A DNA stretch of 64,000 bases. It comes from an uncultured Alphaproteobacteria bacterium (lineage in GTDB: Bacteria; Pseudomonadota; Alphaproteobacteria; SHVP01). Every line of letters begins with the position of its first letter. Positions within the stretch are counted from its first letter, which is position 1. A program made the position numbers and the translations under genes. The DNA lies in assembly GCA_964611585.1 (NCBI GenBank), contig CAZTAK010000001.1:11132-75131 (forward strand), given 5' to 3'. The notes below the pieces were generated by a model. The model searched no databases. It saw nothing but the letters and a program-made list of their open reading frames with translations, and was not told where the DNA came from. Shown piece after piece: positions 16,502-24,535 of the stretch.

Positions 16502-17224
16502 ATGGATGCCGGGCCCGAAGAGTTCCTGATCTGCGTCATCGCGCGGCTTCTCGCCGGCACGCGCCATATCGCGGTCGGCGCCCTGTCGCCGATACCCGGA
16601 TCGGCGGCGCTGTTGCACCAGGCTGAGAGCCGCGAGCCGGTTCGCGTCTCGGTTCTCGACAGCCGGCGCAATTTCTGGTCGGACGGCAGCAAGGAACTGT
16701 TCGACTGCGCGGCGCAGGGACGCATCGACGCCTTTTTCCTCGGCGGCGCCCAGATCGACGGCCAGGGCAACGTCAACCTCGTCGGCGTCGGTGGTTATCC
16801 CCGGCCGAAGACGCGCTTTTCGGGATCGTTCGGATCGGCCTATCTCTATTTTCTCGTGCCGAGGGTGATTCTGTTCCGAGAGGAGCACACGCCGCGGACG
16901 CTGGTCGATAAAGTCGATTTCATATCGAGCCCCGGAACGAGCCCGGACAACGTCTATCGCCGCGGCGGGCCCTCGGCGCTGGTGACGGGAAAAGCGCTGT
17001 TCACCTTCGATGAGGCGGGGCGCCGCTTTCGCCTCGCCAGCAGCCATCCGGGATACACCGCGCCGGACATCGAGGCGGCGACAGGATTTGCCTTCGAGAC
17101 GCCTGCCTCGGTCCCGGCAACAGCGGCCCCCGATGCGGCCACGCTCAATCTGTTGCGGGGACCCGTGGCCCGCGAGATCGCCGAGACCTACCCCCGCTTC
17201 GCCGCACGGGTTTTCGGCGACTAA
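16502..17224 (+). CDS. CoA-transferase family I, subunit B
   Basis: The ATG lies 6 nt after the subunit A stop. The B-subunit-like sequence (GGAQIDGQGNVNLVGVG) is present. Confidence 0.65.
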   Translation: MDAGPEEFLICVIARLLAGTRHIAVGALSPIPGSAALLHQAESREPVRVSVLDSRRNFWSDGSKELFDCAAQGRIDAFFLGGAQIDGQGNVNLVGVGGYPRPKTRFSGSFGSAYLYFLVPRVILFREEHTPRTLVDKVDFISSPGTSPDNVYRRGGPSALVTGKALFTFDEAGRRFRLASSHPGYTAPDIEAATGFAFETPASVPATAAPDAATLNLLRGPVAREIAETYPRFAARVFGD

Positions 17225-17377
17225 CCGGCGATTGAGGCAAAAAGTCCCCATTAATTGAGGGTTTTGGCGGCGGGGTACGCGTTCGTCCGGATCGGTCATA
17301 ATGATTCTAATTCTCGTCCCGCGAAAGGAACGTGCGCCATGAGTGAAGCAACCTAGTCCGGATTCGGCGAACACGGC

Positions 17378-18496
17378 ATGCGCGCCGATATGACCCACGA
17401 CGAGACCGCGCAGATGGATTTTATCATGAGCCTCTACCGGCACCTCGGGCGCAACATCGTGCCCGGGCACCGCGAGGTTTATGACGGGCGCGTCAAACCC
17501 GCGTTCGAACGCAAGAACGGCCGGGCGCCGAAAACCCGCCACGAAGTTCGCAAGGCAATGCTGGACGACCCCTACTTTCAGTTCTGGAGCCATCTGCGCC
17601 TTTACAGCCAGGCCAAGAGCTATGACCTGAGGCGCGAGATCGTCGACCGGCAATTGGACGACCTGATCGAGCGCGCCAAACCACGCGCGTCCGACAAGGG
17701 CACGGTGGAACTCGATGCCGATTTCGAGATTCCGAAATATCAGGCGGCGTTCGACATGCACTGGATGCCGGGCAGCTTCTACACCGAATTCGCCGAGGAC
17801 GACGTCGCCGCGGGCGTCATGTATGACACCGGCGGGCTCTATATCGCGCTGTCAGGTTCGATCGGCGCCTACAACGACGGCGCCGGCCATGCGGTGGTGC
17901 ACTGGCTCAACGAAAATCACCCGGATTTCAAACCGAAGCGCGTGCTCGACGAGGGCTGCACCGCAGGCGGCAATACATTGCCCTTCAAGTATGCCTAGCC
18001 CGATGCGGAGATAACCGCCATCGACATCGGCGCACCGGTACTGCGCTATGCCCACCGCCGGGCCGAGAGCCTCGGCTATGAAGTCCATTTCTCGCAGCAG
18101 AATGCCGAAGAAACGAGATATGAAGACGAGAGCTTCGATCTTGTGGTTTCGACCATGTTTTTGCACGAAACCTCGAACAAGGCGGTGCACAACATCGTTG
18201 CCGAATGCCACCGGCTGTTGAAACCGGGCGGGCTGATGGTGCATGTCGAGCAACCGCCGTTCGCGCGCTTCGACGATCCCTTCGATCAGTTCGTGCGCGA
18301 CTGGGACACGCACAACAACAACGAGCCGTTCTGGGGCCCGATGCACGACATGGACCTGCCCCAGGTAGCGGTGAAGGCGGGCTTCGCGCGCGATGACGTC
18401 ATCATGGAAATGGCGAAATATTGCGCCCCCACCAAAGAGAACCCCTACCGCGAGGCGCCGGGCGGCTGGTTCATCTTCGGTGCCTGGAAACGGTAA
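17378..18496 (+). CDS. class I SAM-dependent methyltransferase; reading frame interrupted by an in-frame TAG at 17996-17998
   Basis: ORFs 17378-17998 and 18143-18496 are in the same frame. Methyltransferase motif I (VLDEGCTAGG) is followed by KYA-TAG-PDAEITAIDIG and then by DLVVSTMFLHE and LLKPGGLM (post-I motifs) after the stop. Confidence 0.6.
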
Positions 18497-18518
18497 GGGC
18501 TGCCACAGGATTGAACCA

Positions 18519-18550
18519 AGGCGGGCGCCTCAAGGGGCGCCCGTTTTTGT
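18519..18550 (+). terminator. rho-independent terminator after the methyltransferase gene
   Basis: The stem GGCGGGCGCC-tcaag-GGGCGCCCG is followed by TTTTTGT. Confidence 0.5.
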
Positions 18551-18592
18551 CTGGCCCGCCCCGTTCCGACCGGCGTGCCCGACCGCTTGCGC

Positions 18593-19075
18593 TCAGTAGT
18601 CCTCGGCGTCGTAGACCCGGCCCTTGGCGTCGCCGGGGCTGCGGATCAGGCGCATGCGCGCTTCACCGCGCGGCTTTTCCGACCACGTCGAATAGCCGGG
18701 AACGTATTCGGTGCGGCTCTCGCTGGTCAGGTTCCCTTCCTTGGCACTGCCGGAATAGGTCGTCGTGGTGCGCTCGTAGCCCGGGTGGTAGTCCTCGACG
18801 GTTTCCGACCATGCGTTGAAGAATTCGAACGCGAAATAATCGTAGCCTTCGCCGCGGGCGATCTCGGCGGCGCGGCGGTACAGGTAGCTTTCGATGGTCG
18901 CGACGCTGGTATAGGCGTTGCCATAGGCCTCGATGTAGAAAGTCTGCGGCCCGGTTTGCGAGTGACTGACGCCGCCGAATATCCCCGGCGGCCCGTAGGG
19001 CGTCGCGCAGGCGGCGAGCAACAGAAGAAGCGCGAGGACCGGGGCGGAACGGAAATGCAGCCGGGCAGATGCCAT
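18593..19075 (-). CDS. lipoprotein of unknown function
   Basis: ATG 19075 gives MASARLHFRSAPVLALLLLLAAC (signal peptide plus lipobox Cys). The product is Tyr/Glu-rich. Confidence 0.5.
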   Translation of the reverse strand: MASARLHFRSAPVLALLLLLAACATPYGPPGIFGGVSHSQTGPQTFYIEAYGNAYTSVATIESYLYRRAAEIARGEGYDYFAFEFFNAWSETVEDYHPGYERTTTTYSGSAKEGNLTSESRTEYVPGYSTWSEKPRGEARMRLIRSPGDAKGRVYDAEDY

Positions 19076-19264
19076 AGCTATGGGGCCTCGCTGGCGCCGG
19101 GTGCGGCGTCGGCCGGATCGACCGGCCGCGGCGTCTGCCGGATCGGCCGGGTTCCGCCTCGCGAGGGCGCGCCCCCGCAACCCCGAAGCCTCGATTCGAA
19201 GACTGGGGCGGCCGCCGGTGCCGTGGTTCTAGGGCCGATGCGAAGACAATAGCGATCCGCCCGC

Positions 19265-19490
19265 CGGGCCGTTACGCGGCAAATTGCCGCCCGGCGGCGG
19301 GGCGGCGGCGCCGGCGACGGTCCGATCTCTACGGTTTAGGCGGCGCGCCAAGCGCGCATCAAGTTCGACCGGTTTACGCGGCGCGCCCAGCGCGAATCAT
19401 GTTCGACCGGCTTACGCGGCGCCACAGGCGCCACGGTCCGGTCTCTCGGCTTACGCGGCGCCTCGGGGCGCCACGGTCCGGTCGCTATTG
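19265..19490. repeat. tandem array (about 5 units) of a 38-39 bp GC-rich repeat containing GGCGCC...GGCGCC palindromes
   Basis: The units cggtttaggcggcgcgccaagcgcgcatcaagttcgac, cggtttacgcggcgcgcccagcgcgaatcatgttcgac, cggcttacgcggcgccacaggcgccacggtccggtctct and cggcttacgcggcgcctcggggcgccacggtccggtcgct are contiguous. The array lies between the 3' end of a deacetylase gene and the 5' end of a lipoprotein gene. Confidence 0.7.
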
Positions 19491-20450
19491 CTGGCTCTTC
19501 CAGCTATCGAGGATTTCCGATGCGGTCGCGGTCCACACGCCCGACTTGCTGGTCAAATAGTCGAGCACCTGCTCCAGGAACCGGATGCGGTGCGGCTGGC
19601 CCGACATCCACGGATGAATGGTAAGCGCCATGATGCGCCCGCCCTGGGTCCCGGCCTCGGCATGCAGGGTGTCCAGCTGGTCCTTCACCTGCTGGACGAA
19701 TTCATCGCCCGTCTGCTTGTAGAAGAACAGGATCGTCGCATCCGAAATCCAGTGCTGGTGCGGCATCGCCGTCACCTCGCCCGATTTGGTGCGGAACGGG
19801 TAGGGCATGTCGTCGTTGATCCAGTCGCACAGGTAGTCCACGCCCTCGGCCGCCACCAGGTCCGGTGTCGCCCAGGATTCCGAACGCGCCGGCGAAAGCC
19901 AGCCGCGCACGGGCTGGCCCGACATTTCGCGCAACGTCGATAGCGATTCCTGCACCTGCACCTTTTCTTCCGATTCGTCGAGGCCGGTGTAATGCAGTTT
20001 CGCCATGTTGACACCGTGGGCCATGATTTCCCAGCCGCGCCGGGTCACCTCGTCGACCAGGAACGGGTTGCGTTTGGCAACGTCGGAATTCATCGCCACC
20101 GTCGCCTTGATGCCGCTATCGTCCAAGGCCTTGGCGACGCGGTAGAACCCGACCCGGTTGCCGTAATCGCGCAGCGTATAGTGGCGCAGGTCCGGGTAGG
20201 GCGTCACCATGCTGCCCTGGGCCTTGAACGGTTTTACCGGCGTATCGAGCGGGAAGAATTCCAGCACCGGCGTCACCCACAACGCGATGCGGGCGCCATT
20301 CGGCCAAACGACGGGCTTGCGCCGCGGCAGGATCGACCAGTCGTAACGGTCGTGATCCATGCCGTAACTGCGGTGATCGTAAACGAGATAGCTGTCCGGC
20401 AGCGAATGAGTGTGCTGGTCGTCGCTGGTGGCATCAATCGGCGGGCGCAT
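19485..20450 (-). CDS. polysaccharide-deacetylase-fold hydrolase of the PuuE (allantoinase-like) family
   Basis: The product is paralogous to the upstream gene (WPNGARIALWV..YGNRVGFYR..HG.N). The start is 2 nt after the upstream stop. Confidence 0.7.
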   Translation of the reverse strand: MRPPIDATSDDQHTHSLPDSYLVYDHRSYGMDHDRYDWSILPRRKPVVWPNGARIALWVTPVLEFFPLDTPVKPFKAQGSMVTPYPDLRHYTLRDYGNRVGFYRVAKALDDSGIKATVAMNSDVAKRNPFLVDEVTRRGWEIMAHGVNMAKLHYTGLDESEEKVQVQESLSTLREMSGQPVRGWLSPARSESWATPDLVAAEGVDYLCDWINDDMPYPFRTKSGEVTAMPHQHWISDATILFFYKQTGDEFVQQVKDQLDTLHAEAGTQGGRIMALTIHPWMSGQPHRIRFLEQVLDYLTSKSGVWTATASEILDSWKSQQ

Positions 20451-20452
20451 GG

Positions 20453-21394
20453 TCAGGTCCTCGGCGGGTGTTTCTTGTTGAATTCGCTGGTCGCGTTGAC
20501 CCATTCGTCGTAGCCGTGCTCGAAGAAGTGTTCGGCGATCTGGGTGCCGGTAGTGACCCACACCTTGTCGTGGCCGGTAATGTATTTGAGCGCCTCGTCA
20601 AGGGCGCCGATGCGGTGTGCCTGACCGACCGCATAGGCGTGCAGCGGAATGCACATGATGGTGCCCGAATTCTCACCCTCGGCGTAGAGGCGGTCGAAGT
20701 TGCCCTTGAGCCAGTCGAAATAGACCCGCGGCGGCACGAAGTGCTGGTTGTAAACGATGATGTCGTTCATCTCGAGGGAATAGGGAATCGAGATCAGGCG
20801 GCCTTCCTTGACGTTGACCGGACACGGCTGGTCGTCGTGGAACAGATCGCAGGTGTAAAAAAAATCGTTCTTCGCCAGCAGATCCATCGTGCGCTCGGTG
20901 TGCGTTAGCGCGGGCGCGAGATAGCCGCGGATACGCTGGCCGGTGTGCTGCTGCACCGACTTGATCGAGTCATCGAGGATCGCCTGCTCCTGCGCCTCGT
21001 TCATGTTGTAGGAATAGCGCGTGTTGTAGATGCCGTGGGAATAGAACTCCCACTCGCGCTTGACGCATTCCTCGACGATTTCGGGGTGGTGGTCCAAAAG
21101 CGCCACCGACAGCGAGATCGACCCCCTGACACCGTACCGGTCCAACACCTCCATCAGGCGCCAGTGGCCGACGCGGTTGCCGAAATCGCGTTCGGAATAG
21201 GGCACCAGATCGGGCCGCGGCTTGGGCCACGGCTGTCGTGCCGGGTTGGAGGGCCCGTCGAGTTCGTAATACTCGATGTTGGGCGCTACCCAGAAAGCGA
21301 TGCGCGCACCGTCCGGCCATTCGATCTTGGGACGGTTGATATATGGCAGATAATCGTAAAGCCCGAGGTCGCTTTTCACGGACCGACTCCCCAA
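20453..21394 (-). CDS. polysaccharide-deacetylase-fold hydrolase of the PuuE family (paralog)
   Basis: The 313-aa product has WPDGARIAFWV, DFGNRVGHWR and HGIYN motifs shared with PuuE-type cyclic amide hydrolases. Confidence 0.7.
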   Translation of the reverse strand: MGSRSVKSDLGLYDYLPYINRPKIEWPDGARIAFWVAPNIEYYELDGPSNPARQPWPKPRPDLVPYSERDFGNRVGHWRLMEVLDRYGVRGSISLSVALLDHHPEIVEECVKREWEFYSHGIYNTRYSYNMNEAQEQAILDDSIKSVQQHTGQRIRGYLAPALTHTERTMDLLAKNDFFYTCDLFHDDQPCPVNVKEGRLISIPYSLEMNDIIVYNQHFVPPRVYFDWLKGNFDRLYAEGENSGTIMCIPLHAYAVGQAHRIGALDEALKYITGHDKVWVTTGTQIAEHFFEHGYDEWVNATSEFNKKHPPRT

Positions 21395-21413
21395 TAATTG
21401 ATGACTCGCCCGG

Positions 21414-22088
21414 TCAGTTGACCGGCTGATAGTTGTTCAGATAGTCGCGCACAGTTTCGAACGATTCTATATCGCCGTACTTGAGCTGCATGTCGGCAAG
21501 GTTGGCAAAGTGCGGGATTTCGTGTTTGTCGGCGACGCCTTCTTCGCAGACGATGGTGCGATAGCCGTGCGACAGCCCGTCCACGCAGGTGGCGCGCACG
21601 CAGCCCGAAGTCGAGCCGCCGTTCAGGATCAACGTATCGATACCGTGGTACACCAGCAGCGAGGCCAGCGGCGTTTCATAAAACGCGCTCGCCATACGTT
21701 TGAGGTAGATCAGGTCGCGGCCGCGGTCGATCTTGAGGCGGTCGTCGAATTCGTTCCGCTCCGAGCCGATCTTGATGTTCTGGAGCGAATCCGGGGTATC
21801 GGTGCGCGTGCCCCAGACACCGCAGTCCTCGCCCGAATCGGCATAGCCGACGTGGGTCCACACCACCGGCAGGCCCTTGGATCGGCAGATTTCAGCCAGT
21901 TCGTTGACGTAATCGAGCTGTTTGGGGTCGGTTTCGTAAGCGGTCTTGAACAGGTCGGTGCGGGTGTAGGCCTTTTGCAGGTCGATGTTCACCAAGGCCG
22001 CCTTGCGACCGAATCCGAATCTAGCCCGGTCCGGATTGGCTTTGATGCTGGCGAAATACTCTCGTGGCGTGAGATCCGACGCTTCCAT
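21414..22088 (-). CDS. isochorismatase-family cysteine hydrolase (amidohydrolase)
   Basis: ATG 22088 has an RBS. The product carries the isochorismatase-like fold signature (ALVNIDLQKAY, the catalytic Cys in GGSTSGCV, and TIVCEEG). Confidence 0.7.
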   Translation of the reverse strand: MEASDLTPREYFASIKANPDRARFGFGRKAALVNIDLQKAYTRTDLFKTAYETDPKQLDYVNELAEICRSKGLPVVWTHVGYADSGEDCGVWGTRTDTPDSLQNIKIGSERNEFDDRLKIDRGRDLIYLKRMASAFYETPLASLLVYHGIDTLILNGGSTSGCVRATCVDGLSHGYRTIVCEEGVADKHEIPHFANLADMQLKYGDIESFETVRDYLNNYQPVN

Positions 22089-22187
22089 GGGTTTCCTGCC
22101 TGATTGATCTTTTTGAAAGGACTTTGAGCTAGATTCGGGGAGCGTTCCGGGATTGTCAAGCGGGGTTCGAATCCGGTCGGCGCTGCA

Positions 22188-22538
22188 TTGCAACCCGCGC
22201 GCCCTCTACGAACCGGCGGACCGCCCGGCGGGTTTTCGGTCCGCACCTGCACCTCCGGAGCGGAGGCGCTGACGGCGCTTGATGAATTCAAGCCCGACCT
22301 GGTTCTGCTCGACGTCATGATGCCCGGGATGGACGGCCCGGCGACCCTGCGCGCCATCCACGATATCAAAGGGTACGCCGACCTCCCGGTCGTCTTCTTG
22401 ACGGCGAAATTCCGGCCGCACGAGATCGGGCACTACGTCGATCTCGGCGCCATCGACGTGATCGCCAAACCGATCGACCCCCTGGACCTGCCGGCGCAAC
22501 TACAGGCGATTTGGACGCGCTATCATGCAAACGCCTGA
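22188..22538 (+). CDS. response-regulator receiver domain protein lacking the N-terminal beta1/alpha1 (acidic-pocket DD) region; TTG start
   Basis: It retains the phospho-acceptor region (LVLLDVMMPGMDG), T/K positions (VVFLTAK) and the C-terminal AKPIDPLDL. No upstream frame supplies the missing N-terminal residues. Confidence 0.5.
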   Translation: MQPARPLRTGGPPGGFSVRTCTSGAEALTALDEFKPDLVLLDVMMPGMDGPATLRAIHDIKGYADLPVVFLTAKFRPHEIGHYVDLGAIDVIAKPIDPLDLPAQLQAIWTRYHANA

Positions 22539-22872
22539 AGCCCGCGCCGAACTCTCCGAAGCGCTTGCGCGCCTCAACAAGAAATTTTCCGAATCGCTGC
22601 CGAAACGGATTTTGGCGCTTGAAAACGACCTCGCGGAATCGCGGCGCACCGGCTATGCCGCCGAATCGTTAGGGAAACTCTACCGTGCCGCCCACAGCCT
22701 TGCCGGGGCGGCAGGAACCTTCGGACGACCCCAACTCAGTGCGGTTGCGCAGGTGCTGGCGGAATATCTGAACCGGCACGCCGATGGTGGCGCCGAGTTC
22801 AGGAGCGCCGAGGCGGATCAAATCGATGCCCTGACGGCGAGCGTCATCAAGGTCGCCAACGCCGACCGCTAG
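22525..22872 (+). CDS. Hpt (histidine phosphotransfer) domain protein
   Basis: The HxxxG motif AHSLAGAAGTFG is present. The gene overlaps the upstream receiver gene end by 14 nt. Confidence 0.6.
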   Translation: MQTPEARAELSEALARLNKKFSESLPKRILALENDLAESRRTGYAAESLGKLYRAAHSLAGAAGTFGRPQLSAVAQVLAEYLNRHADGGAEFRSAEADQIDALTASVIKVANADR

Positions 22873-22901
22873 GCCACCTGCTCGGACTGAAGCGTCTTTC
22901 G

Positions 22902-23597
22902 TCAGTTGCGCTCGATCCAAGACCGGGCGCGCTGCACGCCGAGGGCAACCTGTGCCGGCGTCAGGCGTTCGCGCACGGCATCGCGATTGGCCGCAGCTCC
23001 CGGGTACCCGCGCTGCGCCAGGACTTCGAACCAAGTAAAGGATTCGATCATATCCTCGGGAACCCTACTGTTGCCGAGCAGGACGGCGACGATGTACTGC
23101 GAGCCCGCAAAATCTTGATAGGCGGCGAACCGCGCCCAACGCAGGGCCGCGGCCGGATCCTTTTCGACACCATCGCCGCGGAGGTACATCTGGCCGAGCA
23201 GGTGGCGGGCCGCGACGACGCCCTGGCCGGCTGCAAGCCTGAACCAGCGCGCTGCTCCGGAATAATTCTGCGCGACGGCGCCGCCGTTGGTGCCGGTACC
23301 GTTGTAGAGCATGAATCCGAGGCTGAATTGGGCCTCGGCGTAGCCCTGATTCGCAGCTTGGCGATACCATTCCGCGGCTTGGGCGTAGCTGCGCGCCACC
23401 CCCTGCCCGTGATCGTACATGGCGCCAACGATATATTGAGCCTCTGCGTCGCCTCCCTCAGCGAGGCCGCGCAGACTGGACCACGCAGCCGGGTAATCGC
23501 CCCGCAGATAGGCGGCCTGCCCATCGGCGAGGTCGGCGCGGACGCCCGATGCCGTCCCGATCAGGAGTAGTGCCGCCAGCAGGACAAGCTTCTTCAT
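22902..23597 (-). CDS. Sel1-repeat secreted protein
   Basis: A signal peptide (MKKLVLLAALLLIGTASG) is followed by multiple Sel1/TPR-like units (AEAQYIVGAMYDHGQGV, AEAQFSLGFMLYNG). Confidence 0.8.
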   Translation of the reverse strand: MKKLVLLAALLLIGTASGVRADLADGQAAYLRGDYPAAWSSLRGLAEGGDAEAQYIVGAMYDHGQGVARSYAQAAEWYRQAANQGYAEAQFSLGFMLYNGTGTNGGAVAQNYSGAARWFRLAAGQGVVAARHLLGQMYLRGDGVEKDPAAALRWARFAAYQDFAGSQYIVAVLLGNSRVPEDMIESFTWFEVLAQRGYPGAAANRDAVRERLTPAQVALGVQRARSWIERN

Positions 23598-23983
23598 GCC
23601 TGGTCCTCCATTACGGAACCGAACAGCGCCGGCCCGTCTAAAACTGGTTCGCGTATTATATCGTCTGCGGAACCACCGGCGAAGCCGCTAAGACGGCTCG
23701 CGGGTGCGACAAATCGTGGCGGGGCGGGGCAGCGGCTATCGGCCAGCGCCGGACTTGAACGAGTTCAGGGCGTCGGCGGCAGACCCTTGCGGCCAGCGCC
23801 GATTCGCGGTGCGGATGGCGCCGGTGTCCGGAATCCGGCAACCGCACGGTTTGCTCTAGGTCGTGGACTCACAAACAACGCAAGGCATTGAAACGACTTG
23901 TTTCTTCGCCAGCCACAGTTTGTTCCAAACAGGTCAGTAACCCTCTGATCTGTTTTGGTTTTCTGGACCAATGGGTACGTGAC

Positions 23984-24532
23984 CTAATTTGTCCGACTGA
24001 ACTTTTCGATCGCCAGTTCCAGCGCCTCGATCAGTTCGGCGCCCGTCGTGCCGCCGTCGCCCTCGATCCGCTCGCGGATCACGACGTTCATCGTGTCGAT
24101 GTGCGCCTTGACGATTTCGACATGGTCGTCGGTGGTTCCCGCACTGCGCCCGGTAAACTGGTGCAGCGACTTGGCGAACGTTGTAATCAGCGGATACCCG
24201 AAAGTACCGCCCTGCCCGCGCATGTCGTGGGCGATCTCGTTGATCTTGCGATAGGGCCGGTAGCGCTCCTTTTCGGGCGCAGACTGCGCCACCTTGAGGG
24301 CGGCGACGAGTTGATTCACCGAACCGCTGACCCATTCGGGATAGCCTTCCGAGAACTTGGAGATTTCGGCCATCGCCTCTTCCAGGGTTTCGCTGGCAAA
24401 GCCCAGGCTGCCGCCGGCAACGCCGCTGCCTGCCTTGTCCTTGAGCTTGTTGCGCAGCCGGAAATACCGCACCTTGGCCTTTTTCTTGGCTCGCATGCCA
24501 GGTGCGGTCGGGCGCCTGTTTTCGGAGGCCAT
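23984..24532 (-). CDS. Hpt-like domain protein with a basic N-terminal region
   Basis: The motif IAHDMRGQGGTFGYPLITTFA fits the Hpt HxxKG..G pattern. The start is 3 nt downstream of the (readthrough) receiver gene stop. Confidence 0.45.
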   Translation of the reverse strand: MASENRRPTAPGMRAKKKAKVRYFRLRNKLKDKAGSGVAGGSLGFASETLEEAMAEISKFSEGYPEWVSGSVNQLVAALKVAQSAPEKERYRPYRKINEIAHDMRGQGGTFGYPLITTFAKSLHQFTGRSAGTTDDHVEIVKAHIDTMNVVIRERIEGDGGTTGAELIEALELAIEKFSRTN

Positions 24533-24535
24533 CGG

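Noticed and set aside
16475-17761. A 428-aa minus-strand ORF across CoA-transferase B and the methyltransferase
   Set aside because: It is antisense to genes with clear family motifs and has no RBS or domain signal.
19265-19490. A possible CRISPR array
   Set aside because: The repeat units are directly contiguous with no unique spacers, and no cas genes lie nearby. It is a simple tandem repeat.
22100-22190. A frameshift that might restore the missing N-terminus of the truncated receiver
   Set aside because: I translated all three upstream frames and none encodes a beta1 strand or an acidic DD pair. An in-frame TGA lies 21 codons upstream.
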